A stretch of 64,000 nt of DNA from Mobula hypostoma (lineage: Eukaryota): contig NC_086097.1 of the NCBI RefSeq assembly GCF_963921235.1, forward strand, positions 205,036,001 through 205,100,000. The letters are read 5' to 3'. The notes under the pieces are model-generated. The model did no database searches. It worked only from the letters and a program-made list of their open reading frames with translations, and had not been told where the DNA came from. The translations under genes were made by a program, and so were the position numbers. Below, one piece after another: positions 27,235 through 40,129 of the stretch (position 1 is the stretch's first letter; each line of letters begins with the position of its first letter).

Positions 27235-28502
27235 ACATAGACTGGGAAGCCAATAGTATAAAAGGGCTGGATGGTTTGGAGTTTGTAAAATGTGTGCAGG
27301 ATAGTTATTTGCAGCAATACATAGAGGTACCAACTAGAGAAGAGGCAGTGTTGGATCTCCTGTTAGGAAATGAGATAGGTCAGGTGACGGAGGTATGTGT
27401 TGGGGAGCACTTTGGGTCCTGTGATCACAATGCTATTAGTTTCAATATAATTATGGAGAAGGATAGGTCTGGACCCAGGGTTGAGATTTTTGATTGGAGA
27501 AAGGCTAACTTTGAGGAGGTGCGAAAGGATTTAGAAGGAGTGGATTTGGACAATTTGTTTTATGGGAAGGATGTAATAGAGAAATGGAGGTCATTTAAAG
27601 GTGACATTTTGAGGATCCAGAATCTTTATGTTCCTGTTAGGTTGAAAGGAAAGATTAAACATTTGAGAGAGCCATGGTTTTCAAGGGATATTAGAAACTT
27701 GGTTCGAAAAGAGAGATATCTACAATATATATAGGCAGTATAGAGTAAATGAGGTGCTCGATGAATATAAAGAATGTAAAAAGAATCTTAAGAAAGAAAT
27801 TAGAAAAGCTGAAAGAAGATAGAAGGCTGCTTTGGCAAGTAAGGTGAAAATAAATCCAAAGGGTTTCTACAGTTAAATTAATAGCAAAAGGATAGTGAGG
27901 GATAAACTTGGTCCCTTAGAGAATCAGAGTGGACAGCTATGTGTGGAACCAAAAGAGATGGGGGAGATTTTGAACAATTTATTTTCTTCGGTATTCACTA
28001 AGGAGAAGGATATTGAATTGTGTAAGGTAAGGGAAATGGGTAGGGAAGTTATGGAAACTATGATGATTAAAGAAGAGGAAGTATTGGAGCTTTTAAGGAA
28101 TATAAAAGTGGATAAGTCTGTAATCCTGACAGGATATTTCCTAGGACATTGAGGGGAGTTAGTGTAGAAATAGCAGGAGCTCAGACAGAAATATTTCAAA
28201 TGTCATTAGAAACGGGGATGGTGCTGGAGGATTGGCATATTGCTCATGTTGTTCCATTGTTTAAAAAGGGTTCTAAGAGTAAACCTAGCAATTATCGGCC
28301 TGTGAGTTTGACGTCAGTGGTGGATAAATTGATGGAAAATATTCTTAGATATGATATATATAGTTATTTGGATAGACAGGGTCTGATTAGGAACGGTCAA
28401 CATGGATCTATGCGTGGAAGGTCACGTTTGACAAATCTTATTGAATTTTTTGAAGAGGTTACCAGGAAATTTGATGAGGGTAAAGCAGTGGATGTTGTCT
28501 AT
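27235..28502 (+). mobile_element. Internal CR1 ORF2 fragment without a 3' tail; inverted near-copy of about 20670-22640
   Basis: ORFs 27276-27734, 27895-28152 and 28149-28553 nearly match those of the minus-strand CR1; ends abruptly at VDVVY. Confidence 0.9.
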
Positions 28503-29639
28503 AACTACTTTGAACAACAATTTGTAACTGAGATCGAGATTGAATATATATGAAGTGTAGGGAGATCAGGCATTGCTGTGACCATGTTGATAACAGACTC
28601 ACAGAACACATAATTAAGAAGGTATCAATTTCACCCTTATCTCTTGTGTATGAAGAACTGGCTATGAATAAAAGTGATCCATCCCTTTAAAAGAGGGGAT
28701 AGCAGGAACAGTACGGTGTGAGATTTCAGAATTCAGCTTAAGTGTACTGTATCAAACATTCCATGTTCCAAGCCATGTTTGAGACCATTTAGTGAGGTAT
28801 AATTATTAACAGATGTCTCGCTGATTGCTGTTGGAGATCAGATCATCTAACTCTTGAGTGTTGTTGGCTGGCAGGTCAGGCTTAAATGTACGGCAATCTT
28901 GGAGAAGAATAATGATAATGGAATCCTTATAAAAAGTTTCTGGACATTTTAGAGAAAACATGCATTGGGAGATTTCACTCATTAATTACTCAATAAAAAT
29001 CCTGCATGACACATTGGACTGAAGGGCCTGTTTCAGTACTATACAATTCTGTGATTCTCTATCATGCTTTTTTTTCAGGCAAGATGCCTGAGTCTAGGCA
29101 AAGTGCTTTCACCTGAAATGTCTACTTTCCACTTCTCTGTATTGATGATGTTTGGCATGCTGAATTCTTCTAGCAGTATTTTTTTACACCTTATTCCGGC
29201 ATCTGCAATCTCTTATGTCTCCAAGCCACATATATTTTTCAGTCAAAGCCTTGCATATTTTGTACAAACGTGTTATTTTCCTGTACAAATTGCAGAACAT
29301 GACTACCATTCATTAATTTTAGAAGTGCTGCCAGGAAACAAAATGAGTGGAGCAGAGTACCTGCCCCCTGTGCATCAATGGTGGTGAGGTGGAGATAGTT
29401 GACAGCCTCAAGTTTCTAGGTACAAACATCAGTAGCTTGTCCTGGTCCAATCATGTAAATACTATGTGAAGAAAGCACTCCAATGCCTCTAGTTCCCCAG
29501 AAGTCTGAGGGAATTTAGCATGGCTCCTTTGACCCTGACAAGTTTATGTGCATGCATCATTGGAAATATCTTATCTGGATGTATATGACAAATGCTTTGC
29601 CTAAGACTGCAAGAAAATGCAAGTTTTGGACACATCACA

Positions 29640-30955
29640 AAAACGCATCACTGTTCCATCACCATCAAGAATGCGTACCATGCCATCCCACACCTGCAAT
29701 GAATCAAGTCTAATCACCTAGCTGTACTTCTACTTCCGGCATACAGACTGAGATTGAGGACCACAGCACCACTGGTAAGGACCATGAAGGCATGGTCAAG
29801 AGAGTTGGAGGAGTGATTAAAGGACTGGTTTGAATCTGCTTTGAACCATATTCAGGGATTCATCTTTGGAACTGAATGTTTATGCCACAGTTGTCACAGA
29901 CTTCACCAAGACCTGTACGGATGAGTGTATGGCTTCAAGAACATAGCAGACATGCCCATACGTGAACGAACCAGGAGATTTTCCACCTGCCAAGGTCTAG
30001 ATCTGTGACATTCCAGACTGCTGATTCAGAACTATACAAGAAGTCTGGGTACAACCTATGGAAGGCCATCTGAAGAGCGAAAAAGCAAATCCGAATTCAG
30101 TTAGAGACAAAATTGGATGTACATCAGCTATAGCAATGTTTAAGGACATTTCTTTCCAGAAGGTGAAACCTAACATCAGAAATGGCTGTGATTCTTCACT
30201 CTCTGTTGAGTTGAACAACTTTTATGCATGCTTTGAAAGGAAGAATAAAACTATATCTGTGCAAATCCCTGCAGCATCTGGCAATCCTGTGATATCTGTC
30301 TCTGATGTCAACATCAGAACATCTTTTAAGAGGGTGAACCCTCACAAGACATCAGTCCATAATGATGCACCTGGCAGGGCACTAAAAACCTGTGCCAACC
30401 AATTGGCTGGAGTGTTCAAAGACATCTTCAATCTCTTACTGTTGCAGTCAGACATTCGCATCTCCTTCAAAAGGACACCAATCATACTGGTACTCAAGAG
30501 CAGCTGCCAAAATGTCTATCGCCCAGTAGCAATTACATCTACTCTGATGAAGAGCTTGAGAGGTTGGCTGTGGCTATAATTATATGCATATGAGAGGGAT
30601 ACTGAAGATCTGGTTGAATGGTGCCACAATAACAACCTCTCGCTCAAAATCAACACAACCAAGGAGCTGAATATTGACCACAGGAGGATGTATGAGCCCA
30701 GTACTCATTAGGGGATCAGAGGTGGAGAAGGTCAGTAACTTTAAGTTTCTTAGCATTATCATAGCATAGGATTTGTCCTGGGACCAGCACATAAGTGTCA
30801 TCATTAAGAATCCATGACAGCACATTGGTTTTCTCGGAGGTTTGTGTAGATTTGGCATGACATCTGAAACATTGAGAAACTTCTATAGATGCACAATATC
30901 CTGACTGGCTGCATCATTGCCTAGGATGGAAACACCAATGCCCAGTGGTGGATAC
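29640..30955 (+). mobile_element. Decayed Rex1/Babar-like LINE, resuming at about 37620-37880 after the Gypsy insertion
   Basis: ORF 30058-30579 LNNFYACF..RVNPHK..LKTCANQLAGVFKDIFN..YRPVAITS; the matching 3' part (FSLLPSGMKYRSL..TTRFRNSYY) is in ORF 37573-37812. Confidence 0.8.
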
Positions 30956-31856
30956 TGTTGTGCATGTTAAATTTCAGTAGTATTTGAGTAATATTGTAAA
31001 TATATTGTTTGAATAAGCATTTTTTAAAATTTAAATGTTGTAAATGTATGTTTGATTAAGCATTCTTGTTTGTTTAAATAATTAATTACAGATTATATGT
31101 AAAAGCACATAAATGGCACAACCATTTATGTGATCACACAACCACGTCATAAACTTGTGTCTCACTTTAAGTAAAAGCGAAGTTTAGACATAACTCTTCG
31201 GCTCCCTTGTTTTTCTTTCAATTAGTTTTATGATTTGGAATTACAGAACATAACAGTCTAACAAGAAACTAATTCGAGATGACTACCTACCTGTTGAAAT
31301 GCAATAAGACATTTGAACTTAAAAGGAAAAAAAGCAAAGCAAAATGTTCAAGTGAGGAAAAAGCACTGCAGCATATACTACTTTTGGATGAAACAGAAAT
31401 GGTACAGTTAGAATAAAAGGCAGTAAATGGACTAAATTCATGGGTTTATGAACAGCGTGTACCTAATAGCTGATAATTTTCATAAATTTTTTTAAATGCA
31501 GAAATGGTTCAGAAAGATAGACATGTTTAATTGCACAAGAGATAAATGGATATTGTATACTGAGCAAATTGAGCAGTATTTTAAAACAAGTGGAATAGCT
31601 GATGAGAAGCAATTGCTCGTTTTGCTGAGTGTAATATGTGGAAGAGCATTCGTTTTCTTTTTAGAAGATTGACTGCTCCAACCAAACCAGCCAAAATGAG
31701 CTTTGCTGATATTGTGAAAGTAATGCAGGAACAATTAGAACCAAAACTATTGTTGTTTGCAGAACACTTTAGGTTTGATAAGTGGAATCAAAAGGAAGGG
31801 GCGTCCATTTCGGCATTACATGACTGAATTGTCAGTTCGGTAATGGGCTTAATGTT

Positions 31857-32298
31857 AGATAGATAGATATATTTTATTAATCCCGAGGGAAATTTGGTTT
31901 CGTTACAGCCACATCAACCAAGAATAGAGCGTAAACATAGCAATACAAAAAATCCCAACAATCAAACAATAAAATGCAAACTATGCCAGATGGAAAATAT
32001 GTCCAGGACCAGTCTATTGGCTCAGGGTGTCTGACCCTCCACGGGAGGAGCTGCACGTTCGATGGCCACAGGCAGGAATGACCTCCCGTGCCGCCAGTGT
32101 TGTATCACGGTGGAATGTGGCTGAAGTCCAACAGTAAAAAGTTCAACATCCAGTCTACAAACACGTTCGTCGATTGTAATATACCCTGGATTGCACTATC
32201 CGTTGTTAACCAGATCAGTAAGCACGAAACTCCTTTACGCTTACCGCTCTCGGTGTACATCCGGTCAGCCGGAACAGTATTACCCACCGAACTCACCA
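31857..32298 (-). mobile_element. Short internally deleted Rex1/Babar-derived retroposon
   Basis: 6-bp TSD aatgtt (31851-31856, 32299-32304); (TCTA)n-type tail; endonuclease-like remnant TVPADRMYTESGKRKG joined directly to a LINE 3' end; related 3' end at 40420-40626. Confidence 0.75.
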
Positions 32299-33682
32299 AA
32301 TGTTGCACTAAGAGATCATTTTGTAGAATCTTACAAGAAAACATGGCCCCTAACTGAAGCACAACTTACATTTAAAAGGACATTTGAAGAAGCTCTATCT
32401 ATGGAAACAACAGACGCAGAAGCAATAGAGTTGAAATCAGGAATGAAGGTGAATGTGAACAAAATTGCAATGTCTAAATAGAAATCTGCCTAGCCAAACA
32501 AATTATGTCACTGTTATGGCAGGGGCTCTCATACATCAGGTTAATGCAGGTTTAAAGGTTAAGCTCACAGAAAATGCAACAAGGTAAGACCCATGCAAAG
32601 AACATGTTAGCCAGACAAAAATAAATGGACTGCACAGGGAAGAGAAAATAGATAATATGTCAAGTTGCACTTTCAAAAAGAGCACTAGTCTGTGTTCTGT
32701 TGATGAAAAATCTGATAGTGATGAAAATGAATCAGGACTCAGTAGTCTTGACATTTACATGTGAAAACAAGCAATAGACAAGCAATATGGCTTACACCAG
32801 AAGTGAATGGAAAATGAATTTGAATGGAATTGAACACTGACTCAACTGTTCCAGTCATTCCAGAAAATGAGTTTGAATGGCTTTTCAGAGATATTGAACT
32901 GAAGCCTGCTGATATCCAACTAAGAACTTATACGGAGAAAAGATAACTTCTATAGGAATGACATTCATAATGGTGAAATACAACAACCAACAAGTCACAT
33001 AGGAATTATATGTGGTAAAATCAGGAGGGCCAGCATTGTGGGAATGTGAGTGGCTAGGACAACTACAGCTTCATTGGAGATCCATCCACTATTTGCATGC
33101 CACATACCCTGTTATAGGGTCAACTGAAAGCAACTTAAGAAAAGCACTAGATGATGCCACACCAGTGTTCAAGGATGACGTTGGAAAACTCAAATATGTC
33201 AAAGGTAAAAAAGTGCTAAATGAAAACGCCACACCTAAGTTTTGTAAGGCCCATCTAATTCCTTATACAATCCATGATAAAGTAGCCAATGAGATAGACT
33301 GCATAGAAGCTGAAGGAATTCTTTCCATCATTAAGTGAGTCCATGGGCAACAGCAGTGGTCCCAGTATCAAGAAGAATGGGTCTGACATGATCTATGGTG
33401 TTTTGAAGTCAACATCAACCTAATACTGAAATCAGATCATTAACTTCTGCCCAGGATAGAGGACATCTTTGCAAACCTTTCTGGAGGAAAACACTTCAGC
33501 AAAGTCGACTCAACTGAAGTGTACCTACAGATGGAACTGGAAGATGAATCCAAAGTGTTTCTCACCATAATCACTCACAAAGGGTTTAATTATAATAATA
33601 GGATTATTTTTGGAGTAGCAGACGGTATTACCTGAATGATATAATTGTTATCGGTGAAGATGACAAGGAACGTCTCCAAAAT

Positions 33683-34848
33683 TGACAAGGTGCCGCACAT
33701 GAGGCTGCTTAGCAATTATAGGAAATATAGGAAAGCTACTAGCATGGGTGGGGCATTGGTCGATCATCAGAAAACAGAGTGAAAATAAAGGGATCCTATT
33801 CTGGCCGGCTGCCAGTTACCAGAGGAGCTCCGCTGGGGTCGGAATTGGGACCGCTGCTTTTTACAATGTATGTCAATCTTTTGGACTATGGAATTAATGG
33901 ATTTGTGGCTAAATTTGCCAATGATACTAAGATAAGTGGAGGAACAGGTAGTGTTGAGGAAATAGGGAGCCTGCAGAGAGACTTGGATAGATTGGGAGAA
34001 TGGGCAAAGAAGTGGCAAATGAAATACAATGTTGGAAAGTGCATAGTCATGTACTTTGGTGGAAGAAATAAACAAGCAGACTATTATTTAGATGGGGAGC
34101 AAATTCAAAATGCAGAGGTGCAAAGGGACTTGGGAGTCCTTGTGCAGGATACCCTAAAGGTTAACCTCCAGGTTGAGTCGGTGGTGAAGAAGGCAAATGA
34201 AATGTTGGCATTCATTTCTAGAGGTATAGAATATAAGAGCAGGGACATGATGTTGAGGCTCCATAAGGCACTTGTGAGACCACACTTGGAGTATTGTGTG
34301 CAGTTATGGACTTCTTATTTTAGAAAGGATGTACTGATATTGGAGAAGGTTCAGAGAAGATCCACGAGAATGATTCCAGGAATGAAAGGGTTACCCTATG
34401 AGGAACATCTGTCAGATCTTGGCCTGTATTCCCTAGAGTTCAGGAGAATGAAGGGGGATCTCATAGAAATATTCTGAATGCTAAAAGGCCTGAACAGATT
34501 AGATATGGCAAAGTTATTTCCCATGGTAGCTGAGTCTAGGACAAGAGGGCGCAACTTCAGAATTGAATGATGTCCATTTAGAACAGAGATGCAGAGAAAT
34601 TACTTTAGTCAGAGGGTAGTAAATCTATGGAATTTGTTGCCATGAGTGGCTGTGGAGGCCAAGTCATTGGGTGCATTTAAGGCAGAGATAGATAGGTTCT
34701 TGATTAGCCAGGGCATCAAAGGGTATGGGGAGAAGGCAGGTAGTGGGGATGACTGGAAGAATTGGATCAGCCCATGATTGAATGGCGGAGTAGACTCGAT
34801 GAGCCAAATGGCCTACTTCTGCTCCTATATCTTATGGTCTAATGGTCT
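33683..34848 (+). mobile_element. 5'-truncated CR1 inserted in the Gypsy RT
   Basis: ORF 33779-34477; tail cttatggtctaatggtct; probable TSD aaaat. Confidence 0.9.
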
Positions 34849-36261
34849 AAAATCTCAAACCTGTTTTAGAAAGATTAGAAGATTATTGGCTCAGAAAATA
34901 ACACAAGTGTGAATTCTTTAAAATCAAGCATCACTTACTGTTGTCACACCATTGACACACAAGAGGTACATAAGTATGCTGAGAAAATTCAAACAGTTGT
35001 GGATGCCCAAGGCCAAACAACGTGTCACAAATGCAGTTCTTTCTAGGATTTTTCAATTACTATAACACATTCCTGTCAAACCTGGCGATTATGCTGCACT
35101 CCTTGAATTTGTTACTAGAGAATGGTAAGAAGTGGCAATGGACAAAGCAATATGAGGTGGTTTTCCATAAGATAAAGGAAATGGTTATATCAGACACCGT
35201 ACTCACATATTGTGATCCACATCATCCAGTGAAATTTGCCAGAGAGGCCTTCCCTTATGGTATAGGAGCGTCATGTCACGTCATGAATGATGAAAGTTTA
35301 AGCTCCATAGGCTTTGCATCACGTTCCTTTACCACTGCAGAGAAAAATTATGCAGAGAGCTCTTGAGTCTGGTTTGGAGTGTTTCAGCCAGTACTTGTAT
35401 GGAAGAAAGTTTACCCTCATTATTGATCATCAACTATTAGTGTCCATTTTCATTCCACAGAGGGCTGTTCCAATAATAGCAGCACGAATGCAGAGATGAG
35501 CTCTGTTTCTTGGAGGGCACAATTATAAGATCGAATTGAAAAGGGCAACTAAGAATGGAAATGCTGATGGATTATCCTGTTTTTTCTTGGAAAAGGTAAT
35601 ACCCAAAAAATGTGAACAAGAGGACACTCTGCTTGATGTATTTTCCCTAATACAAGTTGAGAGTCTCCCTATTATGGCAGAAGTAATACAAAGGGAAATT
35701 CAAAAATTCAGGTCTATATAGCAACCCAAGATGGATGGAATGTGTAGCAGAATCTCCAGTTCTCCCAATTTAAAGGCTTTGGGATGAACTTTCCCCTCTT
35801 GGGGGTTGCTTTGATCTGGATTTAAGAGCTGTTGTACCATTTAAGCTGAGAGCTCAGGAGTTGTAGCTACATACTGTACACCCAGGCATGGTGAAAATGA
35901 AAGCTTGAAACTTTGGCTGGTAGACTGTGATAGATCTGCAGAACAAGCAGTTACCCACACACTCTTCGGGATGCCAACATATCAAAGGAAAAGTTTTCAG
36001 AGCCTTCAAAACCACTACCTGCAGTCCTCGAATTAACCCCTACAGCCACAACAGAGGAGGTCTTAGAACCTGAGATTATTTCACAGCCACAGGTCCCAAC
36101 CGCCAAGCAGAGTGATACCAATATCAGGGAATATGTTATCCACAAGAGTAAGAAATCCTCCACAGTGATTAAATCTTTAGTCCTGAATGGGACAATTTAA
36201 AATTTACTATGCTGTGGATGTCTAAGTATTAGTTGTATTATGTAGTATACTGTGCATATGC

Positions 36262-37317
36262 TGCAGGCAGTTACAAAGGTGCGAGAGACTGTCATCAGAG
36301 ACTTCTTGTTTGCTGATGACTGCGCACTCAACGCCAGCACAGAGCAGGAGATGCAGCGTGAAATGGACTGCTTCTCACAAGCCTGCGACAACTTCGGTCT
36401 CACTATCAGCACCCAAAAGACCGAAGTTATGTACCAGCCTGCCCCAGGAAAGCCATACCAGGAGCCGCGCATCACGGTGAAGGGCCAGAACCTCCAGGAA
36501 GCCGACAACTTCACCTACCTGGGCAGCATACTCTCTCGCGCAGTGAGCATAGACGCTGAGGTCAACAACAGGATTGCTAAAGCCAGCGCCGCCTTTGGGA
36601 GACTCCATGAGAACGTCTGGGAGTGGAGAGGACTCAGCCTTACCACCAAGCTGAAGGTCTACTGTGCAGTGGTCCTTACCACCCTCCTTTATGCCAGCGA
36701 GACCTGGACTGTCTACAGCAGACACGCCAAACAGCTCAACCACTTTCACCTGAGCTGTCTCCGCAGACTCCTCCACATCAGGTGGCAGGACAAAGTCCCC
36801 GACATGGAAATCCTGGAACGAGCTGGGCTCTGCAGCGTCTACACCCTCCTGCTGAAAGCCCAAGCCAGGTGGGCTGGGCATGTGGTCAGAATGCCAGACA
36901 GCCGATTGCCTAAGCAGCTGCTGTACGGAGAACTGTGTCAGGGCAAGCGCTCAGTCGGGGGGCAGAAGAAACATTACAAAGACTGCCTTAAAGCGTCCCT
37001 CAAAGGCCTGGGTGTCGACATCAACACGTGGGAGACACTTGCCCTCGACCGTCCAGCTTGGCGCAGCAAGATCACCACAGGAGCCCATGCAGCTGAAGTC
37101 AGGCGCACCATCGAGGTGCAACGAAAGTGTGCTGTGCGCAAGGCCCGAGCAGCATCCACTGCCACGACAGCACCCACCCACTTGTGTCCCACATGTGGGC
37201 GAGCCTTCAGGGCCCAGATTGGCCTCATCAGTCACCTCCGGACCCACAGCCACCAATCTCCCATTTGACTTTGAGGCCATGGTCATCTTCGACTACGAAG
37301 GACGAACAACAACAACA
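36262..37317 (+). mobile_element. Young 5'-truncated RTE-clade LINE with uninterrupted RT C-terminus and C2H2 zinc finger
   Basis: ORF 36252-37268: LFADDCAL, FTYLGS, LLYASETW, RWAGHVVRM..RLPKQLLYGEL, CPTCGRAFRAQIGLISHLRTH; (CAA)n tail; 8-bp TSD gcatatgc (36254-36261, 37318-37325). Confidence 0.93.
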
Positions 37318-38259
37318 GCATATGCACTATATGTATACAATGTTGAGATGTATTCTATATTGATTTGGAGCTTATAGCTGAAAAGGGAGGAGTGTTGTGT
37401 ATTTAATATCTCAGTAATATTTGTATAATATTATAAATGTATTGTTTGATTCAGCACTCTTATTCATTTAAATAATTCTTTACAGGTTATATGTAAAAGG
37501 ACATGATGGCTTACATCATCACACCACCACATCATAAATGTGCAACTCATTTAAAGTAAAAATAAAGTTTACATGCATCTCTCAGGCTACTTTGTTTTTC
37601 CTTCAATTAACTTTATGTTCCTGCCATGGAGCACATTTACAAAGAGCACTGTCACAAGAAAGCAGCTTCTAGCATCAAGGACACAACCCCCACTATCTCT
37701 CTTCTCACTGCTGCCATCAGGAATGAAGTACAGGAGCCTTGGGTTTCATACCACTAGATTCAGGAACAGTTATTATTCTTCAACCATCAATCTTCTGAAC
37801 CAGTGTGGATAACAACAGCTTCAGTCACATCCACAGCCTGTGAACTCACTTTCAGGGACTCTGCAACTCATGTTCTCAATAGTATTTATTAGTTTTTATT
37901 TACCTGAACTGCACTTTCTCTCTAACTGTAACACTAAATGCTGAACTCTGCTGCCATTCTTCCTTTATACTGCCCTCAAGGTACTAATATTTTGATATGA
38001 TCTATATGGATGGCTTGTACTATGAATGGTTTTCACTGTATCTTGGTACATGTGGCAATAATAAAACAATGCCATTAGTAATGTGCATCTCAGGAATGTT
38101 GTGTCCTGTCATTGGATTCTACATGGAATCCAGTGATAAAGTGCTTTTTCAGATGTCTTTCAGCAAGTTTGAGAATCCCTGTTCAGATAAGTAAGCATTG
38201 AAGTCTCAAACTTGTGAGAGAAATATATGCATCAACTCAAAATATTGCCAACTAAATCA

Positions 38260-38302
38260 AAAACAAGAGAAAAATCTGCAGATGCTGAAAATCCAAGACG
38301 CG

Positions 38303-38357
<55 letters not shown>

Positions 38358-38483
38358 CTGGAGGAACTCAGCGGGCCAGGCAGCAGGTCCTGCTGAAGGG
38401 TCCTGCCCTGAAATGTCAACAGTGCTCTTTTCCATAGATGCTGCATAGGCTCCTAAGTTCCTCCAGCATTTTTTGCATGTTGC
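38260..38483. mobile_element. Fold-back Penelope-derived end with expanded (CG)n(CA)n and a mutated hammerhead core
   Basis: Inverted arms gctggaggaact / agttcctccagc; central gtc-CTGCTGA-agggtcctgccct-GAAA-tgtc-aac. Confidence 0.75.
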
Positions 38484-38988
38484 CAACTAAATTCAAGCCA
38501 TATTTTCTCCACTTGAACCACCTTTCCTAATTCCCTTCATTGGCATTCACTTTAATTGTTTTTATCCTCAACAATAACCCTATCCTTTAACACCTTGGAA
38601 ATTGATTGATCAACTATCCAAAGTTTCGTGCCCGGAATCCTTGGGTATAAATTCCCTTGTCCTAGTGATTTTTTTCTTTCTCATAATAAAATTTCCCTTT
38701 ATATCGAAGTTTGTAATAATTGTTTTACCTCATCTGTGTAAGCTAAGACAAAGACATTACATCACATCATTTCTATTTACTCACTCTTCACACAAGCTAG
38801 CTTCACCTTCAGCTTTAGCTTCCACTTATTCCAAGTGATCTTATTACTATTCTAATAAAAGTGAATTTTTCTTCATAAATTATATTCTTTGGCTAATTTT
38901 CTTATATTGTCTGAAATTCCTAGATATTCTTCAGAATTTCCTTGGCTTTTATTTTCTGCCACTTTCAAATTTTAATTACAGATATCAG

Positions 38989-38994
38989 TGTGTG

Positions 38995-39040
<46 letters not shown>
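38989..39040. repeat. (TG)n(TA)n microsatellite
   Basis: Visible directly in the sequence. Confidence 0.9.
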
Positions 39041-39042
<2 letters not shown>

Positions 39043-39069
39043 CAGTATTCAACATACATTTCAGGATGT

Positions 39070-39875
39070 CACAATGGTGAGTGCCATCTTTGTGGAGTTT
39101 GCACATTTTGCTTCTGGCTATGTTTTCTCCCAGTGCTCGGGTTTCCTTCCACATCCCAAAGGTGCATCAATTGGTAGGTTAACTAACTGCTGTGTAGTGT
39201 AAAGAAGAGAGGTAGAATTGACAGTTGATTTGATGAGAACATGGAATGAATAAAACTGGATTAGAGTAGTATCAGTGCAAATATATGCTCAATAGCCACT
39301 TTATAAGTTACTTCTTGCACCTACTAAAGTGGCCACTGTTGGTATGTTTGTGGTCTTCTGCTGCTGTAGCTTTTCAACTTCAAGGTTCAATGTGTTATGC
39401 ATTCAGATAAGCTCTTTTGCACACTACTGTAGTAACACATAGTTATTTCAGTTACTGCTGCCTTCCTGTCAGCTTGAACCATTCTGGCCATTCTCCTCTG
39501 ACCTCTCTCTTTAACAAAGCATATTCACCCACAGAACTCAAGCTAAATGTTTTTTTTTGTATCATCTTCTGTAAGCACTAGATACAGTTGTGCATGGACA
39601 TCCAAGGAGATCAGCCATTTCTGAAATACTCAAACCACCCCTTCTGGCTCCAACAATCATTCCATGGTGAAAGTTACTTAGATCACATTTCTTCTCCATT
39701 CTGATGTTTGATCTGGGCCTCTTGGCCATGCCTGCATGTTTTTAAGCATTGAGTTGCTGATTAGATATTTGAATTAAGAAGCAGATGTATATAATAAAGT
39801 GGCCACAATGTATATCTGATGGTCCATGTGGACTCAGTACACTTAGGGAATATTTCTGTACTATATGATTTTATG
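39070..39875 (+). mobile_element. V-SINE-like element interrupted by a Tc1-type MITE
   Basis: gtggagtttgcacatt...cagtgctcgggtttccttccacatcccaaa core; a SINE-like tail resumes after 39812. Confidence 0.55.
39286..39810. mobile_element. Tc1/mariner-type non-autonomous element
   Basis: Degenerate TIRs (gccactttat / ataaagtggccac) with TA flanks. Confidence 0.65.
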
Positions 39876-40129
39876 AATATATTTCCCTTTCTTCATCTCT
39901 GCTCCAGGTGCTTAGCTATAATTTTCCATAACTTTCATTGTCTGATGTGTCATCTCAAACCCCAATGATGTTTAGAAAATCCTACTTATTTCCCCAAAGT
40001 AGGAGAATGGTTAGTTGTAGGCAATACAGATTTTAATCAGTGGTTTTAACAGGCAGGCACTGGATTTAAAGAACTGCTCAGAAACACTTTAGCAAGCAGT
40101 GGATTTCTCAGTTAGACCTCTTTGAATTA

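Larger units (their letters stand above)
30956..37619 (+). mobile_element. Decayed Ty3/Gypsy LTR retrotransposon with three nested insertions
   Basis: 5' LTR TGTT..AACA at 30956-31255; gag-like remnants 31500-31830; protease region about 32770-33000; RT remnants 33150-33680; RNase H region (ORF 35022-35366, FASRS.T.AEKNYA); truncated integrase; PPT aaaagggaggag at 37381-37392; homologous, truncated 3' LTR from 37393. Confidence 0.88.

Noticed and set aside
36375..37377. Several overlapping ORFs on both strands
   Set aside because: Alternative frames of the GC-rich RTE, with no independent motifs.
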